Positions 1 through 10,770 of a DNA stretch of 64,000 nucleotides are shown piece by piece. The translations under genes were made by a program, and so were the position numbers. The stretch's first letter is position 1; every line of letters begins with the position of its first letter. The DNA comes from Candidatus Multivorans sp. (GTDB lineage: Bacteria; Acidobacteriota; Thermoanaerobaculia; Multivoradales; Multivoraceae), in the NCBI GenBank assembly GCA_965247095.1, contig OZ251997.1:4544001-4608000 (forward strand), written 5' to 3'. The notes under the pieces were generated by a model, which saw only the letters and a list, made by a program, of their open reading frames with translations, made no database searches and was not told the origin of the DNA.

Positions 1-800
1 GCGTCGTGCTCGGACTGGTCCTTCTCTGCGCCGTCGCTGGTCCCTGGCTGGCGCCTCACGAGGCCTCCGAGATCGCGCTCGCCGAGTCGATGGCGCCGCC
101 GTTCTGGCGCTCCGGCGGCAGCCTCACCTATCCCCTGGGAACGGACATGCTGGGGCGCGACATCCTGAGCCGGATCATCGCCGGCGCCCGCGTCTCGGTG
201 ACGGTCGCCGCCTACGCGATTGCGCTCTCGGGCGGCCTGGGCGCGGCGCTGGGCATCTCCGCCGGCTACTTCGGCGGCGTCGCCGACGCTCTGATCTCCC
301 GGCTGATCGACATCCAGATGTCGATTCCGGCCATCCCGCTGGCGATGCTGTTCGCCGCCGTCCTGCCGCCGGGGGAGGGTATGGTGATCACGATCATCGT
401 GCTGACCTACTGGACCTGGTACGCGCGCATCGTGCGCGGCGAGGTGCTCAGCCTGCGCGAGCGGGACTTCATCACCGTGGCCAAGGTGGCGGGCGTCTCA
501 AGTCCCATGATCCTGATCCGGCACCTGACCCCGAACGTCCTGAACACGCTGCTCGTGCTGGCGACGCTGCAATTCGGCAGCGTGATCGTCTTCGAGGCGG
601 GCCTGAGCTTCCTGGGGCTAGGCATCCAGCCGCCGCAGGTGTCGTGGGGAGGGATGTTGGCCGACGGTCGCAACTTCATCGAGGTCGCCTGGTGGCTGAT
701 CACGATGCCGGGCCTTGCGATCATGGCGTCCTGTCTGGCGTCGAACCTCCTGGGCGACTGGCTGCGGGACACGCTCGACCCGAAGCGGCGGCTGGCATAG
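1..800 (+). CDS. Dipeptide/oligopeptide ABC transporter permease (DppC/OppC family), probably 5'-truncated by the window edge
   Basis: PLGTDMLGRDILSR motif, EAA-like loop (RERDFITVAKVAG), LSFLGLG..PP..SWG motif, multiple TM helices. Confidence 0.9.
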   Translation, partial: VVLGLVLLCAVAGPWLAPHEASEIALAESMAPPFWRSGGSLTYPLGTDMLGRDILSRIIAGARVSVTVAAYAIALSGGLGAALGISAGYFGGVADALISRLIDIQMSIPAIPLAMLFAAVLPPGEGMVITIIVLTYWTWYARIVRGEVLSLRERDFITVAKVAGVSSPMILIRHLTPNVLNTLLVLATLQFGSVIVFEAGLSFLGLGIQPPQVSWGGMLADGRNFIEVAWWLITMPGLAIMASCLASNLLGDWLRDTLDPKRRLA

Positions 801-1897
801 TGGCTTGCGAGAACGAGGCCACGCTCGAGGCCTGGGGCTGGGCGCCCGACTTCGCCGACTCCTACCGGGGGTTCCTGGAGTCGTCGTCCTCGTCGGAACG
901 GCTGTTTCCGGCACGCGTCGTGTCGATGTCGCGCGGCGTCTATCACCTGGCGACCGCCGAGGGCGAAGTCGACGCCCCGCTTCTGAAGCGCGTGCGGCGC
1001 GCCGCCTCGGGCAGTCCAGCGGTCGGCGACTGGGTGGTGGTCGAAACGGCATCGGCTGCGGGCGCCGATCCGCGCATCGTCCATGTGCTCGACCGGCGGA
1101 GCCGGCTATCGCGCAAGGCCGCGGGCGCGCGCACCGAGGAGCAGGTCGTGGCGGCGAACCTGGACGCCGTGTTCCTGGTCATGGGCCTCGACGGCGACTT
1201 CAACCTGCGGCGCCTCGAGCGCTTCGTCGCCATGGCCACGGAGAGCGGCGCCGTGCCGGTCGTCGTCCTGACCAAGGCGGACCTCGCCGCCGACGCGGAA
1301 GCGATGCGGCAGCAGGCCGAGGAAGCGTCGCCGGGGACGACCGTCGTCGCGGTCGCCGCGCTCGCGAACGAGAACCTGGAGCCTCTCGCGGTCCATCTCG
1401 CGTCTGGCCGCACGGTCGCCATGGTCGGCGCCTCCGGCGCCGGCAAGTCGACCCTGCTCAACGCACTCTGCGGCGAAGAAGTGATGCGCACTGCGCCGGT
1501 CCGGGAGCGTGACGACCGCGGACGCCACACGACCACCCACCGGCGCCTCGTCCAGTTGCCCGGCGGCGGCCTCCTGATCGACAACCCGGGCATCCGCGAA
1601 CTCCAACTCTGGGCGGACGACGACAGCAGCCTGGAAGAGACCTTCGACGACATCGAAGAACTGGCGAACGGATGCCGTTTCCGCGACTGCGGCCACGGTC
1701 GCGAGCCCGGCTGCGCCGTCCGCGCCGCGCTCGAGGCCGGCCGGCTGGACCCGGCCCGGCTGCGCAACTATGACGAACTGCGGGAAGAGCAGCGCCGCCT
1801 GGAGCAGCGCCGCGACGAAGTCTCTCGCCGGGCCGAGGCTCGCCGGCTTGGCTCGTACTACAAGTCGGTTCAGCAGGCGAAGAACCGGCGGCGGTAG
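800..1897 (+). CDS. rsgA: Ribosome small subunit-dependent GTPase A
   Basis: PAVGDWV, AANLD, TKAD, GASGAGKS, GRHTT, DNPG and C-terminal CRFRDCGHGREPGC zinc site; GTG start at 800 overlaps the upstream TAG. Confidence 0.95.
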   Translation: MACENEATLEAWGWAPDFADSYRGFLESSSSSERLFPARVVSMSRGVYHLATAEGEVDAPLLKRVRRAASGSPAVGDWVVVETASAAGADPRIVHVLDRRSRLSRKAAGARTEEQVVAANLDAVFLVMGLDGDFNLRRLERFVAMATESGAVPVVVLTKADLAADAEAMRQQAEEASPGTTVVAVAALANENLEPLAVHLASGRTVAMVGASGAGKSTLLNALCGEEVMRTAPVRERDDRGRHTTTHRRLVQLPGGGLLIDNPGIRELQLWADDDSSLEETFDDIEELANGCRFRDCGHGREPGCAVRAALEAGRLDPARLRNYDELREEQRRLEQRRDEVSRRAEARRLGSYYKSVQQAKNRRR

Positions 1898-1939
1898 TCG
1901 GTTGGACGCTGTTACCGGCCACTCCGTATACTCCCAAGC

Positions 1940-2547
1940 ATGTCCGTGACGCTGCTTGAACAGCCGCCGCCGACCGTGCCTCGCAGACCCGGTCCCTATC
2001 GCCGGGCCGACTACGCCGCACTTCCGGACGAACCACGCTGCGAACTGATCTACGGCAGGTTCTACTTGAGCCGGAGTCCCGTGCGGCTCCACCAGTTCCT
2101 GGTCATGCGAATCTGGCGCATTCTGGATGACTTGGCCGAAACGATGGGCGGCGAGGCCCTCGTCGCGCCGATGGATGTCCACCTCGCCGATCACACGGTG
2201 GCGCAGCCCGATGTCCTCTACGTCTCCCCCGAGCGGCAGGAGATCCTGCAGACCTGGATCGAAGGCGTTCCCGACCTCGTGGTGGAGGTGCTCTCTCCCA
2301 GCACGGCGCGCATGGACCGGCTACTGAAGCTGAACCGCTACGCCGAGGCGGGCGTCAGGGAGTACTGGCTCGTAGATCCCGTGGCGCGAACGTCGAGTTT
2401 CTGATCAGCGACGGCGGGCATTTCGTCGTCCATGCGCTGGATGGCGGAACCTGGACGTCCCCTGCCGTGCCCGGGATTGAGCTGGACATCGATGCGCTCT
2501 GGGCCGCCGTCGAACGGAAGTTCGGGCCTCTGACAACTGCGGATTGA
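1940..2547 (+). CDS. Uma2/DUF820 family endonuclease-like protein, frameshifted near 2392
   Basis: ELIYG, QPDV, PDLVVEVLSPST, K..RY..AGVREYWLVDP; the C-terminus (VEFLISDGG...SPAVPGIELDIDALW) continues in another frame to TGA 2545-2547. Confidence 0.85.
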
Positions 2548-2642
2548 TTCCCGTCGACGGGTTTGGTCACCAGGACGCGAAGCGTCGGTGCACGAGAGGC
2601 GCGGTGAGCGCGGAGAGGGACTCCCGCGGTGCGCCCCCGAAT

Positions 2643-3047
2643 TCACCGGCAGATACCGACGCCCTCCGATTCTGCAGCCCTCTGGAGCGTCCGGTCCAAA
2701 GTGGCGAGTTCTCGTCGCTGTCGAATCGCCAGTTCCAGGTAGAGCGCGTCGTACACAGATATCCGGTGCTCGCGGGCCAAACGCAACGTGGTGGCGCCGT
2801 CGGGCGCATGGTCCAGTTCGATGTCTAGGTCTTCGATTTCCGCCAGGGCTGCCGCGGTCTGTGCCGGAGCGAGTCGACCGCGGCGTTCCGCCATGACGAG
2901 AGCGTTGCGCAGTTCTGTCCACAGCAGGCCCGGCGCCGATGCGCCATAGGTCCCCACTCGCTTGAGGACCCTATCGGCAGCGGGAACGCTCTCGTCGTCA
3001 AGCAGCCAGGCGCAGGCGACCGAGCAGTCCAGCACGGGAGCGTTCAT
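2643..3047 (-). CDS. vapC: VapC/PIN-domain toxin
   Basis: VLDCS, ELRN, SVYDALYLELA, LATLD acidic PIN residues; coupled to the upstream antitoxin. Confidence 0.9.
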   Translation of the reverse strand: MNAPVLDCSVACAWLLDDESVPAADRVLKRVGTYGASAPGLLWTELRNALVMAERRGRLAPAQTAAALAEIEDLDIELDHAPDGATTLRLAREHRISVYDALYLELAIRQRRELATLDRTLQRAAESEGVGICR

Positions 3048-3289
3048 CGGCGCCCGGCATCGCGGAGAGCCAGGATCTCTTCGACGGTCCCAGACCAGCC
3101 AATCTGGCGTCGCAGTGCGCGGAGGTTGGAGACGGCTCTTTTGGCCCGTCTGCGATCTGCCGGCGCGGGAGGCATGAGCCGCGCGACAGGCCTTCCCCGC
3201 TTGGTGATGGTGATGACCTCGCCCTTCTCGGCCTCATCGAGGAGGCGGGAGAGATGGGTCTTGGCTTCGAAGGCGCCTATGAATCGCAT
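3044..3289 (-). CDS. Phd/YefM family antitoxin
   Basis: EAKTHLSRLLD...GEVITITKRGRPVARL signature; 4-nt overlap with vapC. Confidence 0.9.
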   Translation of the reverse strand: MRFIGAFEAKTHLSRLLDEAEKGEVITITKRGRPVARLMPPAPADRRRAKRAVSNLRALRRQIGWSGTVEEILALRDAGRR

Positions 3290-3306
3290 GATGAACCCCT
3301 TGGCCG

Positions 3307-3327
3307 AACTATCTGGTTAGACTAGTT
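3307..3327 (-). promoter_or_regulatory. Probable autoregulatory operator of the phd-vapC operon
   Basis: Imperfect inverted repeat AACTATCT-GGTT-AGACTAGTT overlapping a TAAACT -10-like box just upstream of the antitoxin start. Confidence 0.45.
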
Positions 3328-3475
3328 TACACCTGCCTCGAAGGAGCGCCACCTGCGGCTCGACGCGACAGTAGCGGCCCTCCAGCGCGCGGCGGGAGGG
3401 TAGCGGCAGCGCGGCCCAGCCTTCGAGCGCGAGCCCGATCGGCTGCCCGAGGTGATTCAAGGTCGAATGGCTCAT
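3317..3475 (-). pseudogene. N-terminal remnant of a GNAT (RimJ/RimL-like) acetyltransferase
   Basis: Translates MSHSTLNHLGQPIGLALEGWAALPLPSRRALEGRYCRVEP, a recognisable GNAT N-terminus; similarity ends near 3356 at the TA promoter. Confidence 0.6.
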
Positions 3476-3491
3476 CAGCGGGTCTCGGCGC

Positions 3492-4302
3492 CTATGAGGA
3501 GGGTCGGGCCGTTTCGCCGGCCCTTGCTGCTCGGGTTCCGCAGCCCGTGCTTGTTGCCTCCAGGCTGTAGTCGCGAGTGTAGTAAGCCCTCAACGGGCCG
3601 GTGCCGCCGTTCTCGCGCCAGTAGATGATCGAGTAGTCCCGTGCCGGGTCCTTCGCGACCTCGGTCTTGGAGTCGGTGTCTTCGCGCCACATCGAGAGGT
3701 CTGGGGAGGGCGTCTCCGGATCGTCGAGTTTCTTGAGGTTGTCCAGGACCTGTCTTCGTTCCTTTTTCTTGTACACGTTTCTGTTCCACCAGTTCATGTC
3801 GGCGATCGACTTCTCGAGTCCGCTCCGGTACTCCTCTGTCGGGCTGTTCTCCGCCAGCGAACGGAAGTCATCTTCGTACCGCTTGACCTTCTTCTCGAGG
3901 GCCGACCAACTCCTTACCGCATCGGCCGGGTTGTCTTGAAGAGCAAGCAACAGCCGGAGTTGATCCACTTGCGCGTCCGCGATACTCGATGCCACGAACA
4001 GGTTCTTGCCGATTTCCGCGAGCCGTGCTGCGAGAACCGCCTCCACCCTGCCCGTCGCGAGAGCATGGTGCTTGTGGCGGAGGACGCTCACATCCCGTTC
4101 GACGAGCGCTAGCCGCACCGGCGCCGGCGATGGGCAGGCACGCGGTCCCGATCGGCCCGCCGGACTTGAGCGGCTTGCCGATCTCAAGCACCCGGCGATC
4201 CATGTCCGCGATCAGTTTGGAACTGATGGAGCGGCCCAGATCGACCACGGCCAGCTCCTGGCCGGCCGCCTTGAACGTATGCACCGTTGCGGTCTGGGCC
4301 AT
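3492..4302 (-). pseudogene. Hypothetical protein in two frames (junction near 4110)
   Basis: Protein-like N-terminal part (MAQTATVHTF...LPIAGAGAA) and protein-like C-terminal part (RLALVERD...RAYYTRD) lie in different frames. Confidence 0.5.
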
Positions 4303-4456
4303 TCGGTTCCGCTCTCTCCGTGCCTAACGTGTCCACCAGAGCATGGCTCTGGCTCTTGCCAGGAGGTATCCGCCCACGCCTTGGTTCTTGCCGTGCGGCG
4401 ATGCGATCTTCTCTTCCGTCATGGGGTTCTGGTGAAGGCGGGTGAAACCGATTGGC

Positions 4457-5890
4457 CTACCCGAACAGCCCCTTCGCCGCCTTGGCCTCCGGCGCCAGCA
4501 GGGCGGCGATGCAGTAGGCCGCAAACGAAATCGCCATCGCCGGGAAGACGGCGTGCATGCTCTGGATGTCGAGCAGCATCCAGAGCCCCAGGGTCCCGCC
4601 GCCGGTGGCGAAGGACCAGAGGGCGGCCTGGCCGTTGCCGCGGCGCCAGGTGAGGCCAAGGGCCAGGGAGGGCAGGAAGCAGGCGGCGTAGAGCGCCCCG
4701 GAGAACGAAGTCAGCTCGACGATGCCGCCGGGCGGGTCGATGGCTAGCACCGCGGTGATCGCAGCAAACAGCACGACGCAGATGCGGGTGTTGCGGACGG
4801 CGTGCCGGTCGTCGGCGGGGACGAGCAGGCCGAGCAGGTCCCGTTGGGCGGTGGAGGCCATGACCAGAAGGACGCTGTCGAGGGAGGACATGGCGGCCGA
4901 GACCAGGGCGAGGAACAGGAACGCCTGGGCCACCGGCGGGAAGATGGCTGGGTCGCTCAGCATCATGGGAATGACCTGGTCGGTGTCGACAACCCCCTGG
5001 CCGACCACGAAGTGGGCGTAGAGCCCGAGCGGCGCGAGCAGGCTGAAGACGATCAGGAAGCTCAGCGTCGACACGACGAGGCCGCTCTTTGCGGCGGCCT
5101 CCGTCTCCAGGGCGTAGAAGCGGGAGAGTTGGCGCGGCTCCACGATCAGCTTGACGGTGGACGCGAACACGACGCCGATCAGCAGACCCAGCGGCTGCGC
5201 GGTGTCCCAGCGGACGAGTGCGCCGTCGCCGATCTGGGCCAGGTCGGCGAGGCGGCCGATGCCGCCGGCGGCCCGGGTGATGGCGAAGAACATGAGCACG
5301 GCGGCGAGCGTCATCAGAATGCCCTGGACGAAGTCGGTCCGCGCCACGGAGTGGAAGCCGCCGATCATCGTGTAGAGGCAGACGATCAGGACGACGACGA
5401 AGAGCGACAGGCCGTAGCTCAGATCGAGCAGTTCGACCAGCAGCGAGCCGATGCCCTTGAACACCGCGGTCATGTACAGGAAGCTGGAGAAGATAACGAT
5501 CAGGGCGGCGACGAAGCGGGCCGACCGACTGTTGAAGCGGAGGCCGATGTAGTCCGGGATGGTGACCGAGCCGAGCGTCTCGGTCACACCGCGCAGACGC
5601 GGCGCCAGCCACGCCCAGGCGACGAAGGACAGGATGACCGCCGTCGGGACGATCAGCAGCCAGGCGATGCCCGAGGCGTAGGCCTTGCCGGCGAAGCCGA
5701 TGAAGCTGTTCGTGCTGGCGTAGGTGGCGAAGAAGGAGACTCCCAGGATCACGCCGCCGAGCGAACGGCCGCCGACCAGGAAGTCGGCGAGATCGCGCGT
5801 ACGGCGCTGGCCGATCAGGGCGTGGTGGACCAGGACGCCCGTGTAGAGGACGAAGAGGACGAGGATCAGCGCGTGTTCTCGAAACCACAT
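4457..5890 (-). CDS. Sodium:solute symporter (SSS family)
   Basis: DFLVGGRSLG, SFFATYASTNSFIG, TDFVQG, SAAMSSLDS motifs; about 13 TM helices. Confidence 0.92.
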   Translation of the reverse strand: MWFREHALILVLFVLYTGVLVHHALIGQRRTRDLADFLVGGRSLGGVILGVSFFATYASTNSFIGFAGKAYASGIAWLLIVPTAVILSFVAWAWLAPRLRGVTETLGSVTIPDYIGLRFNSRSARFVAALIVIFSSFLYMTAVFKGIGSLLVELLDLSYGLSLFVVVLIVCLYTMIGGFHSVARTDFVQGILMTLAAVLMFFAITRAAGGIGRLADLAQIGDGALVRWDTAQPLGLLIGVVFASTVKLIVEPRQLSRFYALETEAAAKSGLVVSTLSFLIVFSLLAPLGLYAHFVVGQGVVDTDQVIPMMLSDPAIFPPVAQAFLFLALVSAAMSSLDSVLLVMASTAQRDLLGLLVPADDRHAVRNTRICVVLFAAITAVLAIDPPGGIVELTSFSGALYAACFLPSLALGLTWRRGNGQAALWSFATGGGTLGLWMLLDIQSMHAVFPAMAISFAAYCIAALLAPEAKAAKGLFG

Positions 5891-5949
5891 GACCGGTTCT
5901 CAGGCCCGCTCGTCGTTTCGAGGAGTGCGCGGCTGGCTAGGACGCCCGA

Positions 5950-7086
5950 TCACAGGCCCATCTGGTCCAGGTACCAGCCGTCGAAGATCTGAATGCAGGC
6001 TTCGGACTCTTCGTAGGCGGTGGGACGGTAGCCGCGGGACGCGACGCCCAACTGGGTACGGGCGCAGACTTTCCAGTCCTGGCTGTTGACGAGATGCCAG
6101 AAGTCCACGGCGTCGCTGGGGTCGAAACCGGGTGCCGCGGCCGTATCGGGGTCGAACAGCCATTCGCAGACAATCCGCGTGCGCCCGGCCTCGATCGGCC
6201 AGAGGGTGTGGGTGACGACGTAGTCGCGGTGCAGGCTGATCAGCAGGTTGGGATACACGTGGAAGTACTGCACCGAGGTGCGGTCGGCGACATCGATCGC
6301 GGGTAGATCGGGACGGTTGCTGCGGCCCGTCGCCGTCATCGTGTCGCAGCCGTCGTTGAGGGTCATCGGACCGCCGACGTGGAAACGCCCGGTCTCCAGG
6401 TTGCCGCCGTTGCGGTAGTCCGACACCCGGTTCAGCTCGGGGTGGACGACGGCGCAGTGGTAGCACTCGTTGTAGTTCTCGCACAGGATCTTCCAGTTCG
6501 CCTGCGCCTCGTACTCGTGCCGGTCGCCGCGGACCAGCCGGCCGAGCGTGAAACGCGACAGGTCGGGCAGGTCGGCGGCGACTTCGGCGAGCGGCGGCCC
6601 GTCGGCCGCCAGGGACAGGTAGAAGAACCCGTTCAGCGCCTCGATCCGCACCGGCACCAGGCCGGCGCTGTTGGCGTCGAAGTCGCGGCCCATGTGCGGC
6701 GCGCCGACCAGCCGCCCGTCGAGACCGTAGGTCCAGGCGTGGTACGGGCACTGGAAGACCTTGGCTCGGCCCGCGCACTCATCGACGACCCGCGACCCCC
6801 GGTGGCGGCAGACGTTGAAGAAGGCGGCCAGGCCGTTGGCCGCGGGGCCCGCTGCGCCGTTCCCGTTCGATCCGACGCCCGCGTCGCCTGCCGCCGCGGT
6901 CCGCACGGCGATGACCGACTCGCTGCCGATCTCGCGGGTTACGAAGCGCCCCGGCTCGTTCAGTTCCTCGAGGCGCCCTCCACACACCCACATCCGCGAG
7001 AAGATGCGCTCCATCTCCTCGTCGAAGATGGCCGGGTCGGTGTAGAGGCCGCCGTCCAGCGGCCGGGGCGCCTTGCGCGGGATCAT
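5950..7086 (-). CDS. Rieske non-heme iron oxygenase alpha subunit (GbcA/choline monooxygenase-like)
   Basis: CRHRG...CPYH Rieske ligands; NWK..ENYNECYHC...H mononuclear iron site. Confidence 0.92.
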   Translation of the reverse strand: MIPRKAPRPLDGGLYTDPAIFDEEMERIFSRMWVCGGRLEELNEPGRFVTREIGSESVIAVRTAAAGDAGVGSNGNGAAGPAANGLAAFFNVCRHRGSRVVDECAGRAKVFQCPYHAWTYGLDGRLVGAPHMGRDFDANSAGLVPVRIEALNGFFYLSLAADGPPLAEVAADLPDLSRFTLGRLVRGDRHEYEAQANWKILCENYNECYHCAVVHPELNRVSDYRNGGNLETGRFHVGGPMTLNDGCDTMTATGRSNRPDLPAIDVADRTSVQYFHVYPNLLISLHRDYVVTHTLWPIEAGRTRIVCEWLFDPDTAAAPGFDPSDAVDFWHLVNSQDWKVCARTQLGVASRGYRPTAYEESEACIQIFDGWYLDQMGL

Positions 7087-7108
7087 GGGTCGAATCCTAG
7101 CGCCGTTG

Positions 7109-9694
7109 ATGTGCCATCATCCGACTGTGCCGCGCCTGCTCATCGCGCTGCTGGCCGGGCTTGTGGCGCCCGCCGCCGTTCAGGCCCAGGAAGGCGATGT
7201 CGAGGCCGAGGCGCCGACGGCCCTCACGGTGGAGCTGGTCGCGGAGTTCGACGAACAGTTGGTGGTGGTCGGCAGCCGCTCACGGCCGCGGTCGGTGACC
7301 GAGTCCTCTGTCCCGATCGACGCCATCCCGGTCGAGGATGTCGTCAGTCAGGGCGCCAGCTCGCTCGACTACTTGTTGCGGAACCTGGTGCCGTCGTTCA
7401 ATGTCGCGACGCATCCGATCAGCGGCGCGGCGTCGCTCGTGCGGCCGGCCAGTCTGCGCAACCTGGCGCACGACCACACGCTGGTGCTGGTGAACGGCAA
7501 GCGCCGGCACCGCTCCGCGATCCTGGTCTGGTTCGGGGGCGTGACCGACGGCACGCAGGGGCCGGACATCTCGACCATCCCCGCGACCGCGCTGCGCCAG
7601 GTGGAGGTGCTGCGCGACGGCGCGTCGGCGCAGTACGGCTCCGACGCGATCGCCGGCGTAGTGAACTTCCTGCTCAAGGACGACCCGTCGGGCGGCAGCC
7701 TGGAAGTGAAGAGCGGCGCCTACGGCGCGGGCGACGGCCAGGCGTACACGGTCGCCGGCGACATCGGACTGCCGCTGGGGGAGAACGGGTTCGCCCATCT
7801 GAGCATGGAGTACGGCAACGCCGACCCGACCAGCCGCAGCGTGCAGCGGGCCGACGCGGCGGCTCTCGTCGCCGCCGGCAACACGCACGTCGCCGACCCG
7901 GCGCAGGTCTGGGGCGACTCGAGGTACGAGGACGACCTGAAGCTGTTCGGCAACTTCGGCAACCTGTTCGCCAACGGCACGCAGCTCTACGGGCACGCGA
8001 ACTACGCCGAGAAGACGGCGACGCAGGGCTTCTACTACCGGAATCCCAATACGCGCGCCAACATCTTCAGCCTGGACGGCGGCAGGACGCTGCTCATCGG
8101 CGACGTGCTCGACGCAGAGGACGGCGTGCGGGACGGGTCGGCGGGGTGCCCGACCGTGACGATCACCGACGACCGGCCGGATCAGGACGCGCTGGCGCAG
8201 GTGTTCGCCGACCCGAACTGCTTCACCTTCCAGGAGATCGCTCCGGGCGGCTTCACGCCCTACTTCAGCGGCGTGATCGCCGATGTGTCGGCGGTGGCCG
8301 GCCTGCGCCGGTCCACAAAGAGCGGTCTCACCTGGGACGCCAGCGCCAGTTACGGCTCTCACGAAGCGGACTTCTTCCTGTTCGACACGGTCAACGCCTC
8401 GCTGGGGCCGGCGAGCCCGCGCGACTTCGATCCGGGCCTGTACCGGCAGGCCGAGGTCAACCTCAACTTCGACGTTTCCTACGCCGTCAACGAGCTCCTC
8501 CACCTGGCCGGCGGCGTCGAGTGGCGTGACGAGCGCTTCACCATCCGCTCCGGCGAACTGCCGTCGTGGAGGTCGGACCATACGCCGCGCAGGGGTTCGT
8601 TTCCGGCTCCAACGGTTTCCCGGGGTTCCCCGACTACACGGCCGGGACCTGGAACCGCGCCAACGCGGCCGTCTACGGCGACCTGGAACTGCGGGACCCG
8701 GACGGCCGCTGGACGGTCGGCGGCGCCCTGCGGTTCGAGCACTTCGACGTCTTCGGCGACACGACGAACGGAAAGCTCTCGGCCCGCTACGCGCTGACCG
8801 ACACGGTTTCCGTGCGCGGCGGCGTCAGCACCGGCTTTCGCGCCCCGACGCCCGGTCAGCAGAACGTGTTCAACGTGCAGTCGACGATCAATCCCGAGAC
8901 GCTGGACCTGGTCGACAGCGCCACCGTGCCGTCGACCTTCCGCGCCGCGCAGTTCCGCGGCGGCCAGGCGCTCGAGCCCGAAACCTCGACCAACGCGACG
9001 GCGGGCCTGGTGGTCGACACGGGGCCGTTCACGTTGACGGCGGACACCTTCCACATCGATGTCGACAAGCGCCTCGCCCTGTCGCAGTTTCTTCACGCTC
9101 GCCGCGGACGAGCGCGCGCTGCTGGTGTCGGAAGGGATCGCGTCGGCTCGCACGCTGTCCTCGTTCCGGTTCTTCATCAACGACTTCTCGTCCCGGACGC
9201 AGGGGATCGACATCGTCTCGACCTGGACGCCGCCGGAGCTGGGCGGCAACACGGTGTTCAGCTTGGCGCTGAACCACACGGAGACGGAAGTCACGCAGGA
9301 TTCGGACCTGCTCGGTGCCGGCGACGTGCTCGCCCTGGAACGTGGCGTTCCGAAGACGCGGTGGAACGTGGCCGTCAACCAGGGCATTGGGCCGGTCGAT
9401 CTGCTCGGACGTCTGCACTACTTCGGGTCGTGGGTCGACCACCTGGACGCCCGCTCCGTGCGGCGCGCCGACGCGCCGGTCCTCGGCGGCCGCTACATCT
9501 TCGACCTGGAGGTCAGCATCCCGCTGGTGCGCGAGACGACGCTCTCGGTCGGCGGCCAGAACGTTTTCGATACGTTCTCGGATCGGATGGACCTGTTCGC
9601 GGCGCAGTTCGGCTTGCCCTACAGCCAGTTCACGCCCTGGGGCCTGAGCGGCGGCTACTACTATGTGCGCCTCCACCGCCGGTGGGGCCCGTAG
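7109..9694 (+). CDS. TonB-dependent receptor, split by two single-base frameshifts (near 8569 and 9089)
   Basis: Signal peptide, VVVGSR plug start, TLVLVNGKRRH, VEVLRDGASAQYGSDAIAGVVN, STGFRAP, C-terminal GGYYY strand; three consecutive frames join cleanly. Confidence 0.88.
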
Positions 9695-9759
9695 TCAGGC
9701 TCCGAACCGCCGAGGGGGCGGTAGAGTGCTCTCATGAGTTGGACATCGGGGCGTACCGC

Positions 9760-10770
9760 GTGACTACGCTGGCCGCGAAGCTGGAAGACCGGGAAAGTCG
9801 TTCGGTAGTAAGCGCGAAGGATAGGCATCCAGAAGCCGGCGAGCGTGAGCAGCCGCCTGGGCCCTTTCTCCTTGAAGGTAACTGGAACTGGGTCGTCCAC
9901 GCCGACAACGCCGAGGTAATCCCGGCGCTCCCGGACGGGTCTTTCCGGCTCATCTACATCGATCCGCCCTTCAACACGGGCAAGGTCCGGCAACGGACGG
10001 AGATTTCGACGGTCCGTTCCGGCGACGGTGACAGGGTCGGGTTCGGCGGCCGGCGATACCGCACCGTCGAGCTCGGAACGACTTCCTATGAGGACGCCTT
10101 TGACGACTACCTCGGGTTCATCGGGTCGCGTTTGGAGCATGCTCGCCGCCTGCTGACCATTGATGGCACGCTCTACCTGCATCTCGACCAGCGGGAGGCC
10201 CACTACTGCAAGGTCCTTCTCGACCAGCTCTTCGGTCGTGAGTGCTTCGTCAACGAGATCATCTGGGCCTACGACTACGGCGGCCGCTCGCGCCGCAAGT
10301 GGCCGGCGAAGCACGACACGATCCTCGTCTATGCCAAGGACCCCGATCGTTACTTCTTCGATCAGGATGCGATCGAACGGATTCCCTACATGGCTCCCGG
10401 CCTGGTGTCGAAGGCCAAGGCGGCGCGCGGGAAGCTCCCGACAGACGTCTGGTGGCACACCATTGTGCCCACGAACGGCAAGGAGAAGACAGGCTATGCC
10501 TCCCAGAAACCGGAGGGCGTCCTGCGCCGGATAGTGAGCGCCTCGTCGCAGGAGGGCGATTGGGTACTGGACTTTTTTGCCGGGTCGGGAACGACTGCGG
10601 CGGTAGCGCAAAAGATGGGTCGGCGGTTCGTGATGGTCGATAGCAACGAGGAGGCGATCTCGGTGATGGCTCGGCGTTTGGGAGTGCAGGGCACGCGCTA
10701 CGTCGATAGTGGAGTGCAGGCCTTGCCGATTCAAGAAGCTCAATCCGAGCAACTCGGACTCCTGGTATGA
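9760..10770 (+). CDS. Site-specific DNA methyltransferase (N4-C/N6-A, beta class)
   Basis: IYIDPPF (motif IV) precedes SQKPEG and VLDFFAGSGTT (motif I); start codon uncertain. Confidence 0.92.
   Translation: MTTLAAKLEDRESRSVVSAKDRHPEAGEREQPPGPFLLEGNWNWVVHADNAEVIPALPDGSFRLIYIDPPFNTGKVRQRTEISTVRSGDGDRVGFGGRRYRTVELGTTSYEDAFDDYLGFIGSRLEHARRLLTIDGTLYLHLDQREAHYCKVLLDQLFGRECFVNEIIWAYDYGGRSRRKWPAKHDTILVYAKDPDRYFFDQDAIERIPYMAPGLVSKAKAARGKLPTDVWWHTIVPTNGKEKTGYASQKPEGVLRRIVSASSQEGDWVLDFFAGSGTTAAVAQKMGRRFVMVDSNEEAISVMARRLGVQGTRYVDSGVQALPIQEAQSEQLGLLV

Noticed and set aside
8560-9095. Programmed ribosomal frameshifting in the TonB receptor
   Set aside because: No slippery heptamer or stimulatory structure is evident; single-base homopolymer indels explain both shifts
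8566-10770. 734-aa ORF that appears to fuse a TonB barrel fragment to a DNA methyltransferase
   Set aside because: Artefact of the TonB frameshifts plus a stop-free GC-rich frame; the true TonB C-terminus is in the 9059-9694 frame and the MTase is a separate gene
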